64,000 nucleotides of DNA from an uncultured Actinomycetota bacterium (GTDB taxonomy: Bacteria > Actinomycetota > Actinomycetes > Propionibacteriales > Nocardioidaceae), in NCBI GenBank assembly GCA_963802315.1, contig CAWDIF010000004.1, forward strand, positions 1,445 through 65,444. The letters are read 5' to 3'. Made by a program: the position numbers and the translations under genes. Shown here piece by piece: positions 14,124 to 24,819 of this stretch; position 1 is the stretch's first letter; every line of letters starts with the position of its first letter. The notes under the pieces are model-generated. The model did no database searches and had not been told where the DNA came from. It worked only from the letters and a program-made list of their open reading frames with translations.

Positions 14124-15252
14124 ATGAGTGCGGGCAACCCGGCGGCGAAGACCTCGCCACTGCACGAGCGGCACGAGTCGCTGGGTGCGAAGTTCGCGGA
14201 GTTCGGCGGCTGGACGATGCCGCTCGAGTACCCCTCCGGAGTCGTCAAGGAGCACACGGCGGTCCGGGAGTCGGTCGGCATCTTCGACGTCAGCCATCTC
14301 GGCAAGGCGACGGTCGCGGGGCCGGGTGCGGTCGACTACGTCAACGCGACGCTGACCAACGACCTGCACAAGGTCGGGCGCGGCAAGGCGCAGTACACGC
14401 TGTGCTGCGACGCCGAGACCGGTGGCATCGTCGACGACCTGATCGCCTACTTCCACACCGACGAGCGCGTGCTGCTCGTGCCCAACGCCGCCAACACGTC
14501 CGAGGTGGTCCGGCGGCTCACCGAATCTGCTCCCGACGGCATCACCGTCACCGACCACCACGACCAGTACGCCGTGCTGGCCGTCCAGGGTGCCAAGTCG
14601 GACGAGGTGCTCGATGCCGTCGGGCTGCCGACCGGCCACGACTACATGTCGTTCGTCGAGGCGCAGCTGCCGGGTGGGGAGGAAGGCATCGGTGTGGTGG
14701 TCTGCCGCACCGGCTACACCGGCGAGCGCGGCTACGAGCTGATCGTCGCCAACGACGTCGGCGGTGACCCTGTGGGACGCACTCATGGGCGCCGGATCCG
14801 AGCACGGCATGCTCCCGTGCGGCCTCGGTGCCCGCGACACACTGCGCACCGAGATGGGCTATCCGCTGCACGGGCAGGACATCTCGCTCGACGTCACCCC
14901 CAACCAGGCCCGACTCGGCTGGGCCGTCGGGTGGGGCAAGGAAGCGTTCTGGGGCCGCGACGCGCTGCTGCGCGAGAAGGAGGCCGGCCCGGACCGGATC
15001 CTGCGCGGCCTCGTGGCCACCGGCCGCGCCATCCCGCGACCCGGGATGGGGGTGAGCCTCACCCAGGACCTGCTGGTCGGCGAGGTCACCTCGGGCACGT
15101 TCTCCCCGACGCTGAAGAAGGGGGTCGGCCTGGCGCTGGTGTCGTCCCAGGTCGCGCCGGATGCGGAGGTCGGCGTGGACGTGCGTGGGCGACGCGAGAT
15201 CTTCCAGGTGACCAAGCCGCCGTTCGTCGAGCCGAGCACCAGGGAGTCATGA
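14124..15252 (+). CDS. gcvT: Glycine cleavage aminomethyltransferase T (frameshift near 14760)
   Basis: [46 protein letters not shown] and TSGTFSPTL. Confidence 0.95.
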
Positions 15253-15506
15253 GCCTGCCCGAGCAGCCCAGCACCTTCCGGCAGCCGTCGCCCACGGAGC
15301 GGCCGTGGTGGTGGCGCCTCGAGGCCACTGACGGCAGCGAGGTCGAGGTGCCCCCGGAGTACGCCGGGCGGCGCTTCTCCTCGCAGGCCGACGCCGAGTC
15401 CTGGGTGGGCGAGACATGGTCCGGTCTGGCCGACGAGGGCGTCGCCGCCGTCACGCTGTTCGACCACGAGCGGGTCGTCTACGGGCCGATGGCCTTGTCC
15501 GCTTAG
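15249..15506 (+). CDS. Conserved hypothetical protein
   Basis: ATGA overlap with gcvT; [13 protein letters not shown]...YGPMAL. Confidence 0.7.
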   Translation: MSLPEQPSTFRQPSPTERPWWWRLEATDGSEVEVPPEYAGRRFSSQADAESWVGETWSGLADEGVAAVTLFDHERVVYGPMALSA

Positions 15507-15520
15507 GCACTCTTTGCCTC

Positions 15521-17056
15521 ATGCACGATCCGAGCGGGACCGAGGAGGGAGACTTCCACGGCTACGTCGGCGCCCGCTGGCCCTCGCTCGTCCGGACGCT
15601 GGTCCTGCTCGGCTGCCCGGTCGACCTGGCCCCCGACGCCGTCTCGGCGGGCCTGCGTCGGTGCCGCCGGGGGTGGCGGCGGGCGGTCGAGCACGACGAC
15701 GTGGACGTGGTGGTCCACCGCGCGGTGCTCGGTGCGTGGCAGGAGTGTCTGCGTGGCCCGTGGTGGACCGTCCTCGGACCACGGGCCGATGATGACTGGC
15801 CGCTTCCCGACCTGTCCGCTCTCGACCGGCTGACCCCTGAGATCCGGGCCGGCCTGGTGCTGCGCAGGTACGCCGCGCTCGACCCGGCCCAGGCGGTGGC
15901 CGTGGCCGGCCGCGAGGCGGGCGGCCCGCTGCCAGCGGATCCGGACGCGGCAACCCTCCGGGCGGCGGCGGAGCGGGTGGTCGTCTTCTCGCTCCCCGTC
16001 CAGGACGACGTCGCCGAGGACCGGTCGTCCTGGAGGCGCCGCCGGTCGGTCGCGACGGTGGCCGGCATCGCCGCCGTCGCGCTGGTGCTGGGCCTCTGGA
16101 CCTGGCGGGCCGATGACGACGAGCCCGGCGAGGAGCTGAACGCGTTCAGCCTCGACGCCGTGGAGCCCAACCGGTCGCGCAACCCCGCCGACGTGGCGTG
16201 GTTCGCCGACGACGTCCTCCATCTCGCCAACGCGACGTACGTCGTCGACACCTTGCGCGATCTTGCCGTCCTCGGAGCAGGGGCGGTGTACGGCGATGTC
16301 GACGGGCGGGTGGTCCACCTCGCCGACGACGGCACTCGGCGGCTGCTCGGCACCAAGGACCCGGGCGCGCCGCTCGTCGCCTCGGACGACCTCGGCTGGG
16401 TCGCGTGGGTCGATCCGGCGGGGGCCAACCCGCGGCTGCTCGTCTATGACGTGGGCCGCAGCGAGCTCCTCGGCGAGCTCGACCTGCCCCCAGGCGAGAC
16501 GGGGCCCGGCGACCTGCCGGACACGCGACCCGTCGCCATCGACCAGGAGACGGTGTACTTCGCGACCGCCGACGGGGCCAGGGCCTGGCGGCCGGTCCGC
16601 GACCCGGGCCGCGTCGAGGTCATCGAGCCGGCCGGGTTGGTGGACGTGTCCTCGGCGAACCGGGTGTTCCAGGTCGACCACCGCAATCTCGAGATCGACC
16701 AGCCCTTCTTCAACCTGAGCTACGTGGTCCCCGGCCGCGGTGGCGAGATGTCACTGGACGGCAACTACCTGACGACCCGGAGCCCCGACGACGGATCGGT
16801 GCTGGTCTACGACACCCGTTCGGGGGAACAGGTCCCCGTCGAGCCACCCGGCAGCCTGCGCATCGTCGACGTCGTCCTGGCCCCGGAGGGGGCGATCACC
16901 TACCTCACGGTCGACCCGGACGGGTTCGCGACGCAGGAGGGCAACGACAGCAACCCGGTCCAGGGTGAGCTGGTCACCTGCGACCTCGACGACGGACAGT
17001 GCGAGGTGCTGGCGTCGTTCGTGCTGGACTCCGAGGCGCCGATCCTCGCGCACTAG
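15521..17056 (+). CDS. Degenerate SigE-like ECF sigma domain fused to a TM helix and an extracellular beta-propeller-like domain
   Basis: FHGYVGARWPSLVRTLVLLG (sigma2-like) and LDRLTPEIRAGLVLRRY (sigma4-like), then RRRR plus a TM helix, then beta-rich repeats. Confidence 0.65.
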   Translation: MHDPSGTEEGDFHGYVGARWPSLVRTLVLLGCPVDLAPDAVSAGLRRCRRGWRRAVEHDDVDVVVHRAVLGAWQECLRGPWWTVLGPRADDDWPLPDLSALDRLTPEIRAGLVLRRYAALDPAQAVAVAGREAGGPLPADPDAATLRAAAERVVVFSLPVQDDVAEDRSSWRRRRSVATVAGIAAVALVLGLWTWRADDDEPGEELNAFSLDAVEPNRSRNPADVAWFADDVLHLANATYVVDTLRDLAVLGAGAVYGDVDGRVVHLADDGTRRLLGTKDPGAPLVASDDLGWVAWVDPAGANPRLLVYDVGRSELLGELDLPPGETGPGDLPDTRPVAIDQETVYFATADGARAWRPVRDPGRVEVIEPAGLVDVSSANRVFQVDHRNLEIDQPFFNLSYVVPGRGGEMSLDGNYLTTRSPDDGSVLVYDTRSGEQVPVEPPGSLRIVDVVLAPEGAITYLTVDPDGFATQEGNDSNPVQGELVTCDLDDGQCEVLASFVLDSEAPILAH

Positions 17057-17066
17057 GTTGACGTGG

Positions 17067-17882
17067 GTGCACCAGCTCCGCCAGGTCGACGTGTTCGGCT
17101 CCGGTCCGCTCACCGGCAACCCGGTCGCGGTCGTGCACGACGCGGACGACCTCGACGACGACACCATGCAGCTCTTCGCGCAGTGGACGAACCTGTCCGA
17201 GACGACGTTCCTGCTTCGGCCGACCGACGACTCGGCCGACTACCGGCTGCGGATCTTCACCCCGAGCCGAGAGCTGCCGTTCGCCGGCCACCCGACCCTC
17301 GGCAGCGCGCACGCCTGGCTGGAGGCCGGGGGGACGCCGTCCGGCGAGGACGTCGTCCAGGAGTGCGCGGCCGGGCTCGTGAGCATCCGCCGGGGCGAGC
17401 GCCTCGCGTTCCAGGCCCCGCCTCTGATCAGGGAAGGACCGATGAGTGCCGAGGACCTCACCACCGTCGCGGGCATCCTCAACATCGGTCGCGACGACAT
17501 CGTCGACACCCGGTGGATCGACAACGGACCCGGCTGGGTCGGCGTGCTGCTCCACGACGCCCACGACGTCCTCGGGCTCGAGCCGGATCGCAGCAAGCTC
17601 GACGGGTGGGACATCGGCGTGGTCGGTCCGTGGCGTGATGGCGGCTCGGAGGCGGACGTCGAGGTCCGGGCCTTCGACTCGACCACCGAGGACCCCGTCA
17701 CCGGCAGCCTCAACGCGAGCATCGGCCAGTGGCTCGCCGGCACCGTCCTGCCCGAGCAGTACGTCGCCGCGCAGGGCACCGCCATCGGCCGGCGCGGCCG
17801 TGTGCACGTGAGCCGCGAGGGTGACGCGGTCTGGGTCGGCGGGGAGACCCGGACAACGGTGCGTGGTGAGGCTGAGATCTGA
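17067..17882 (+). CDS. PhzF family isomerase
   Basis: QVDVF...GNPVAVV, NLSETTF, ELPFAGHPTLG and EDPVTGS. Confidence 0.93.
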   Translation: MHQLRQVDVFGSGPLTGNPVAVVHDADDLDDDTMQLFAQWTNLSETTFLLRPTDDSADYRLRIFTPSRELPFAGHPTLGSAHAWLEAGGTPSGEDVVQECAAGLVSIRRGERLAFQAPPLIREGPMSAEDLTTVAGILNIGRDDIVDTRWIDNGPGWVGVLLHDAHDVLGLEPDRSKLDGWDIGVVGPWRDGGSEADVEVRAFDSTTEDPVTGSLNASIGQWLAGTVLPEQYVAAQGTAIGRRGRVHVSREGDAVWVGGETRTTVRGEAEI

Positions 17883-17965
17883 CGGGGCCCGCGCTGTGGG
17901 CGAAATTCGGCCGGTACGGAACGCACTGTCATGCGGAGTTCCGTGCGCGGCGGGGCGGCTGACAT

Positions 17966-18163
17966 TCATCGCCTTGGTGGCTCCTGGCACGTCCATGCTG
18001 CGCTGGTCATTCCCAACTCGGCCCGCAGTGGACGCAGGACTCCGTCCAGGTATTCGTGTCCCTCGGATTCCAAACGCCAGACCTCGGTGATGCTGAACCC
18101 GTCACCGTCGGGATAGACGACATGCGACATCAGCCCTGCAGGCGGACCGCCTGCCGCCATCAT
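17966..18163 (-). pseudogene. Small hypothetical protein or gene remnant
   Basis: GGPPAGLMSHVVYPDGDGFSITEVW reads as protein-like; no clear 5' end; weaker codon bias. Confidence 0.35.
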
Positions 18164-18305
18164 CGCCTGGAACGGGCATCATCACCGTCCGCTCATAGCC
18201 GCCGACGGTGCGATCGCCGTCCGACTGGTGGGAGCCAGGCGCGCCCCGTCCCCACTGAGCTGAAGTGGCGGCCATCCACAGCCGGGGTCAGTGACCCATC
18301 ATCAG

Positions 18306-18327
18306 TGTCGGTGGCCAGTGCTGGAAT
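18306..18327 (+). promoter_or_regulatory. PafBC-type (RecA-NDp) DNA-damage promoter
   Basis: TGTCGG-N10-TGGAAT, ending 6 nt before ATG 18334. Confidence 0.65.
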
Positions 18328-18333
18328 GGATCC

Positions 18334-19674
18334 ATGCTCGGGACGACGGTGCTGGACGACATGGGTGAGGACGATGTCCTCGTCTTCGCCGGCACCTGCG
18401 CGGAGACGAGCCACGACGCCGAGGTCGGTCTGCTCAGGGCCGCGCGGCAGTGGGCGCTCATCCACTGCGCCGATCGGCTCGACCCCACGGAGTCAGCCAA
18501 GCCGGGTCGGGAGAAGCCGCGCAGGTACGGCGGTGCCGGCACTCCGGAGGTGATGGAGTTCGCGGCCGCCGAGCTGGGTGCGCGGATCGGGCGCTCGACC
18601 TATGCGGCTTCGCAGCTGATGGCCGACGCACTGGATCTCGAGCGCCACCCGGAGCTCAAGTCACGGATCGAGGCCGGCGAGGTCCGGGTGTCCTACGCCC
18701 GCCACGTCGTCTCCAAGACTCGTCTCCTGTCGGTGCAGGAGGCGGCCTACGTCGATGCCGCGGTGGCCCAGTCGGCCGACGGTCGGATCCCGTGGTCGCG
18801 GTTCGAGGCTCTGGTCGAGGCCAAGGTCGCCCAGGCCAACCCGGGGGTGGCCCGGGAGAAGGAGGAGCGCGCCCGCCGGGCGACGTTCGCCAAGAAGGTC
18901 CGTGACCAGGCGCACGGGATGGGCTGCTACCTGATCCGCGCGCCCCTTCCCGTGATCGACCTGATCGATGCCACCGTCGACTCCTACAGCGCCGCGATCG
19001 CCGATGACTTCCCTGACCTCGATGACGACCAGCGCCAGGTGCGGGCGGTCCTGATGTTGTTGACACCGGGCTCAGACACCGACGCCACCAAGCTCGCCGC
19101 CCATGCCCCCACGGTGAACCTCTATCTGCATGGCTACGTGGGCGGCGTGGACGTCGACGCGGACGGGACCCCGCTCGAGCGGATGTTGCGCCTCGAGGGT
19201 CACGGCATGGTCACCGAGTCCTACGTCCGCGAGGTGCTCGGGACCACCTGTCGCTTCAAGATCGCCCCGGTCATCGACCTCGTGGGGATGGCTCCAGTCG
19301 ATGCCTACGAGATCCCGGACCGACATCGGGAGGCCGTGCAGCTCATGACGCCGGCCGACACCTTTCCCTGGGGAAGCAACACCTCACGCGACCAACAGGT
19401 CGACCACACCACTGCCTACGACGCGGGTGGTGAGTCGGGCATCGGCAACTACGGCCCGCTGACCATCCCGCACCACAGGATCAAGACCCACGGCCGATGG
19501 GACGTCCGGCAACCCTTCCCAGGCATTTACGTGTGGCGCGACCCTCATGGCGCCCACTACCTCGTCGACCACACCGGCACCCGCCGCATCACCAAGGTGG
19601 GCGACGACCTGCCCCTGGTCATCGAGATCTACCGCGACCTGCCCGAATCCGCGCTCGCGTGGGGCGCGGCCTGA
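18334..19674 (+). CDS. DUF222 / HNH endonuclease (13E12 repeat-like family)
   Basis: EFAAAELGARIG and LMADALDL N-terminal domain; C-terminal VDHTTAY...NYGPLTIPHHRIKTHGRW HNH-like motif. Confidence 0.85.
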   Translation: MLGTTVLDDMGEDDVLVFAGTCAETSHDAEVGLLRAARQWALIHCADRLDPTESAKPGREKPRRYGGAGTPEVMEFAAAELGARIGRSTYAASQLMADALDLERHPELKSRIEAGEVRVSYARHVVSKTRLLSVQEAAYVDAAVAQSADGRIPWSRFEALVEAKVAQANPGVAREKEERARRATFAKKVRDQAHGMGCYLIRAPLPVIDLIDATVDSYSAAIADDFPDLDDDQRQVRAVLMLLTPGSDTDATKLAAHAPTVNLYLHGYVGGVDVDADGTPLERMLRLEGHGMVTESYVREVLGTTCRFKIAPVIDLVGMAPVDAYEIPDRHREAVQLMTPADTFPWGSNTSRDQQVDHTTAYDAGGESGIGNYGPLTIPHHRIKTHGRWDVRQPFPGIYVWRDPHGAHYLVDHTGTRRITKVGDDLPLVIEIYRDLPESALAWGAA

Positions 19675-19702
19675 CGGTCCTGAGCGCGACTAGGATCCGA
19701 GA

Positions 19703-20512
19703 GTGCAGCAGTATCTCGACCTCGTCACCCGCATCCTCGACGAAGGCGTCGAGAAGTCCGACCGCACCGGCACGGGGACACTCTCCGTCTTTGGCCACCA
19801 GATGCGCTTCGACCTGGGCGAGGGCTTCCCCCTGGTCACCACCAAGAAGGTGCACACGCGGTCGGTGTTCGCCGAGCTGCTGTGGTTCCTGCGTGGCGAC
19901 ACCAACGTCAAGTGGCTCCAGGACCGCCGCGTCACGATCTGGGACGAGTGGGCCGACGCCGACGGCGACCTCGGTCCGGTCTATGGCTACCAGTGGCGGT
20001 CCTGGCCGACGCCCGACGGCCGCCACGTCGACCAGATCGCCCAGGTGGTCGAGCAGATCAGGGGCAACCCCGACTCGCGCCGCCACATCGTCAGCGCCTG
20101 GAACGTCGCTGACATCCCCGACATGGCGCTCGCGCCGTGCCACACGATGTTCCAGTTCTACGTCGCTCCCCAGGATGACCGGCCGGCCCGACTGTCCTGC
20201 CAGCTCTACCAACGCTCGGCGGACGTGTTCCTCGGCGTGCCGTTCAACATCGCGTCGTACGCCCTGCTCACTCACATGGTCGCGCAGGTGACCGGGCTCG
20301 AGGTCGGTGACTTCGTGCACACGCTCGGCGACGCGCACCTCTACACCAACCACCTCGAGCAGGCCCGGCTCCAGCTCACCCGCGACCCGCGGCCGTTGCC
20401 GAGGCTGTGGCTCGACCCGGCGGTCACCGAGCTCGACGCGTTCGACCTCGAGCACGTCGACGTCCGGGGCTACGACCCGCACCCGGGGATCAAGGCACCC
20501 ATCGCCATATGA
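19703..20512 (+). CDS. thyA: Thymidylate synthase
   Basis: [34 protein letters not shown] and DAHLY. Confidence 0.98.
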   Translation: MQQYLDLVTRILDEGVEKSDRTGTGTLSVFGHQMRFDLGEGFPLVTTKKVHTRSVFAELLWFLRGDTNVKWLQDRRVTIWDEWADADGDLGPVYGYQWRSWPTPDGRHVDQIAQVVEQIRGNPDSRRHIVSAWNVADIPDMALAPCHTMFQFYVAPQDDRPARLSCQLYQRSADVFLGVPFNIASYALLTHMVAQVTGLEVGDFVHTLGDAHLYTNHLEQARLQLTRDPRPLPRLWLDPAVTELDAFDLEHVDVRGYDPHPGIKAPIAI

Positions 20513-20976
20513 GCGTCACGCTCATTGCGGCGGTCGCCCGGAACGGCGTGATCGGCGCGGACGGCGGCATCCCCTGGCACCTGCCCGAGGACTTCGCGCA
20601 CTTCAAGGCGACCACGCTCGGCCACCTGCTGGTCATGGGCCGGGCGACGTACGAGTCGATCGGGAGGCCGCTTCCCGGACGCATCACCATCGTCGTCACC
20701 CGCGACCCGGACTGGTCGGCCGAGGGCGTCCTGGTCGCGCATTCCGTGGAGGAGGCGGTGGCGATGGCAGGTGACGGTGAGGTCTTCGTCGCGGGGGGAG
20801 CGACCATCTATGAGGCCGCGCTGCCGTACGCCGACGTGCAGCTGCTCAGCGAGGTGGATCTCGAGCCGGACGGAGACACGTTCTATCCGCCTGTCGACAC
20901 GGCCGTCTGGTCCGAGGTCTCCCGGGAGCCGCGCGAGGGCTTCACGATCGTGCGCTGGGAGCGGCTGGCACGCTGA
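20509..20976 (+). CDS. folA: Dihydrofolate reductase
   Basis: NGVIG...[27 protein letters not shown] and GDTFYP; ATGA overlap with thyA. Confidence 0.95.
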   Translation: MSVTLIAAVARNGVIGADGGIPWHLPEDFAHFKATTLGHLLVMGRATYESIGRPLPGRITIVVTRDPDWSAEGVLVAHSVEEAVAMAGDGEVFVAGGATIYEAALPYADVQLLSEVDLEPDGDTFYPPVDTAVWSEVSREPREGFTIVRWERLAR

Positions 20977-20990
20977 GAGCCATGCCACAG

Positions 20991-21917
20991 ATGGAGCTCC
21001 GGGTCTTCACCGAACCCCAGCAGGGCGCGACCTACGACGACCTGCTGCGAGTCGCGCAAGAGGCCGAGCGTCTCGGCTTCGGGGCGTTCTTCCGCTCCGA
21101 CCACTACCTGGCGATGGGCACCGACGGCCTGCCCGGCCCGAGCGATGCGTGGGTCACCCTGGCAGGCATCGCCCGCGAGACCAGCACGATCCGGCTCGGC
21201 ACGCTGATGAGCAGTGCGACCTTCCGCCACCCTGGCCCGCTCGCGATCTCGGTCGCCGGCGCCGACCAGATGAGCGGCGGTCGGGTCGAGCTCGGCCTGG
21301 GCGCCGGCTGGTACGAGGCCGAGCACACGGCGTACGGCATCCCGTTCCCGCCGACCGGCGAGCGGTTCGACGTACTGGAGGAGCAGCTCGCGGTGATCAC
21401 CGGGCTGTGGGGGAGCGGAGGCGACTTCTCCTTCGTCGGGGAGCACTACACCGTCAAGGACTCGCCCGGCCTGCCGAAGCCGACCCAGGCCAAGCCTCCG
21501 ATCCTCATCGGCGGGACCGGCAGGAAGCGGACACCGGCACTGGCGGCCCGCTACGCCGACGAGTTCAACCTGCCGTTCGTGCCGTTCGAGGCTGGTCTGA
21601 AGCAGAACGAGCGGGTCCGCCGGGCCTGCGAGGCGATCGGCCGCGCCCCGGGGAGCATGCGGTTCTCCAGTGCACTGGTGCTGTGCGTCGGCGCCGACCA
21701 GGCCGAGCTCGCCCGACGCGCGAAGGCGATCGGCCGAGAGGTCGGCGAGCTGCGCGAGAACGGCCTGGCGGGGACCGTCGAGGAGGTGGTTGACAAGATC
21801 GGCCGCTACGCGGACGCCGGTCAGACCCGTCTGTACCTGCAGACGCTCGACCTCGAGGACCTCGACCACCTGCGCCTCGTGGCGGCGGAGGTCATGCCGC
21901 TGGTGGACGGCCGCTAA
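20991..21917 (+). CDS. LLM class F420-dependent oxidoreductase
   Basis: MELRVFTEPQQG, FRSDHY and GRVELGLGAGW. Confidence 0.9.
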   Translation: MELRVFTEPQQGATYDDLLRVAQEAERLGFGAFFRSDHYLAMGTDGLPGPSDAWVTLAGIARETSTIRLGTLMSSATFRHPGPLAISVAGADQMSGGRVELGLGAGWYEAEHTAYGIPFPPTGERFDVLEEQLAVITGLWGSGGDFSFVGEHYTVKDSPGLPKPTQAKPPILIGGTGRKRTPALAARYADEFNLPFVPFEAGLKQNERVRRACEAIGRAPGSMRFSSALVLCVGADQAELARRAKAIGREVGELRENGLAGTVEEVVDKIGRYADAGQTRLYLQTLDLEDLDHLRLVAAEVMPLVDGR

Positions 21918-21920
21918 CCC

Positions 21921-22107
21921 GCAGGAGACGCTCTGGTCGCTCCGTCGTCCCTTCGCCGGCTCCTTGTCGAGTTTTGCTCGCGCTCCACAGGTCGACGAGG
22001 CGGCGGCTGCTCGGGTCGCCACGCTGACCGACCGCGAGCGGGAGGTTCGGGATCGGACGCAGGCCGTGGTGCTTGCCTACGAGTCGGGAGTCGTGGCGCG
22101 GCGGTGA
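21921..22107 (+). pseudogene. Remnant of a NarL/LuxR response regulator C-terminus with the HTH deleted
   Basis: AGDALVAPSSLRRLLVEF, one frameshift, then LTDREREV joined directly to RDRTQAVVLAYESG-stop. Confidence 0.75.
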
Positions 22108-22125
22108 GGCACTAACCTGAGGGTC

Positions 22126-23013
22126 ATGACGTCAGCTCCCTACGGCCGCCTCCTGACGGCCATGGCGACGGCGTTCCACGACGACGGCTCCGTCGACCTG
22201 GACGGCACCGCCCGCATCGCGGCCCACCTGGTCGACAGCGGCAACGACGGGGTCGTGGTCAGCGGCACCACCGGCGAGAGCCCCACGACGACCGTCGAGG
22301 AGGACACCGAGATCCTGAGGGCGGTCAAAGACGCCGTGGGCGACCGCGGCAGCGTGATCGCCGGGGTCGGCACGAACTCGACCGCGCACTCGATGGAGCT
22401 CTCGCGTCAAGCGGAGAAGGTCGGTGTCGACGCCGTCCTGCTCGTGACGCCCTACTACAACAAGCCCGGCCCCGCGGGGATGCTCCACCACTTCACCGAG
22501 GTGGCCGGAGCCGCCGATCTCCCGATCATGCTCTACGACGTCCCGGGTCGCACCGGCCAGGCGATCCCGATGTCGGTCTATGAGCAGCTCGCCATCGACC
22601 ACCGGTTCGCCAGCGTGAAGCACGCGACCGGCGACGCCACCGCGACGGTGGGCCTGGCCCAGCTCGGCTACTCGGTCTACTCCGGCGACGACGCGCTGAT
22701 CCTCGGCTACCTCGCCCACGGCGCCGTCGGACTGGTCTCGGTGGTGGGCCACGCCGCCGCGGATCCGTTGCGCACGCTCATCGACCGCTTCGAGGCCGGC
22801 GACCACCAGGGCGCCCTGGACCTCTACACCTCGCTGCTGCCGGCGTTCGACGCCGTCATGGGGGTGACGCACTACGGAGCCACCACGGCCAAGGCCGTCC
22901 TGCAGCTGCTCGGCGTCCTCGACAACCGCAACGTCCGGGGACCGCTGGTCCCGCTGGATGACGGCGAGGTCGAGGCACTGCGCGCCGGTCTGGCCGCCTC
23001 CGGTCTCCTCTGA
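22126..23013 (+). CDS. dapA: 4-hydroxy-tetrahydrodipicolinate synthase
   Basis: GTTGES, VTPYYNKP, LYDVPGRT and catalytic Lys in SVKHATG; upstream of rnj. Confidence 0.93.
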   Translation: MTSAPYGRLLTAMATAFHDDGSVDLDGTARIAAHLVDSGNDGVVVSGTTGESPTTTVEEDTEILRAVKDAVGDRGSVIAGVGTNSTAHSMELSRQAEKVGVDAVLLVTPYYNKPGPAGMLHHFTEVAGAADLPIMLYDVPGRTGQAIPMSVYEQLAIDHRFASVKHATGDATATVGLAQLGYSVYSGDDALILGYLAHGAVGLVSVVGHAAADPLRTLIDRFEAGDHQGALDLYTSLLPAFDAVMGVTHYGATTAKAVLQLLGVLDNRNVRGPLVPLDDGEVEALRAGLAASGLL

Positions 23014-23034
23014 CCTGACCTACGAAGGAAGTAC

Positions 23035-24714
<1,680 letters not shown>

Positions 24715-24819
24715 GACCGACCATCAGGGTCTCCTCACAGCTCAAGCGTCGCTCCACGCCGCAAAACACGCACTCCTGGGGTCCGTGTGACTGGAGTGAC
24801 TCTCGCCTAGGTTTGGACC

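Noticed and set aside
17883-17965. Imperfect hairpin after phzF as an ncRNA or riboswitch
   Set aside because: It has no recognisable conserved motif, and such pairing is expected by chance at this GC content.
24715-24819. Short inverted and direct repeats upstream of ftsK
   Set aside because: They are too short and imperfect to assign as a terminator, ncRNA or operator.
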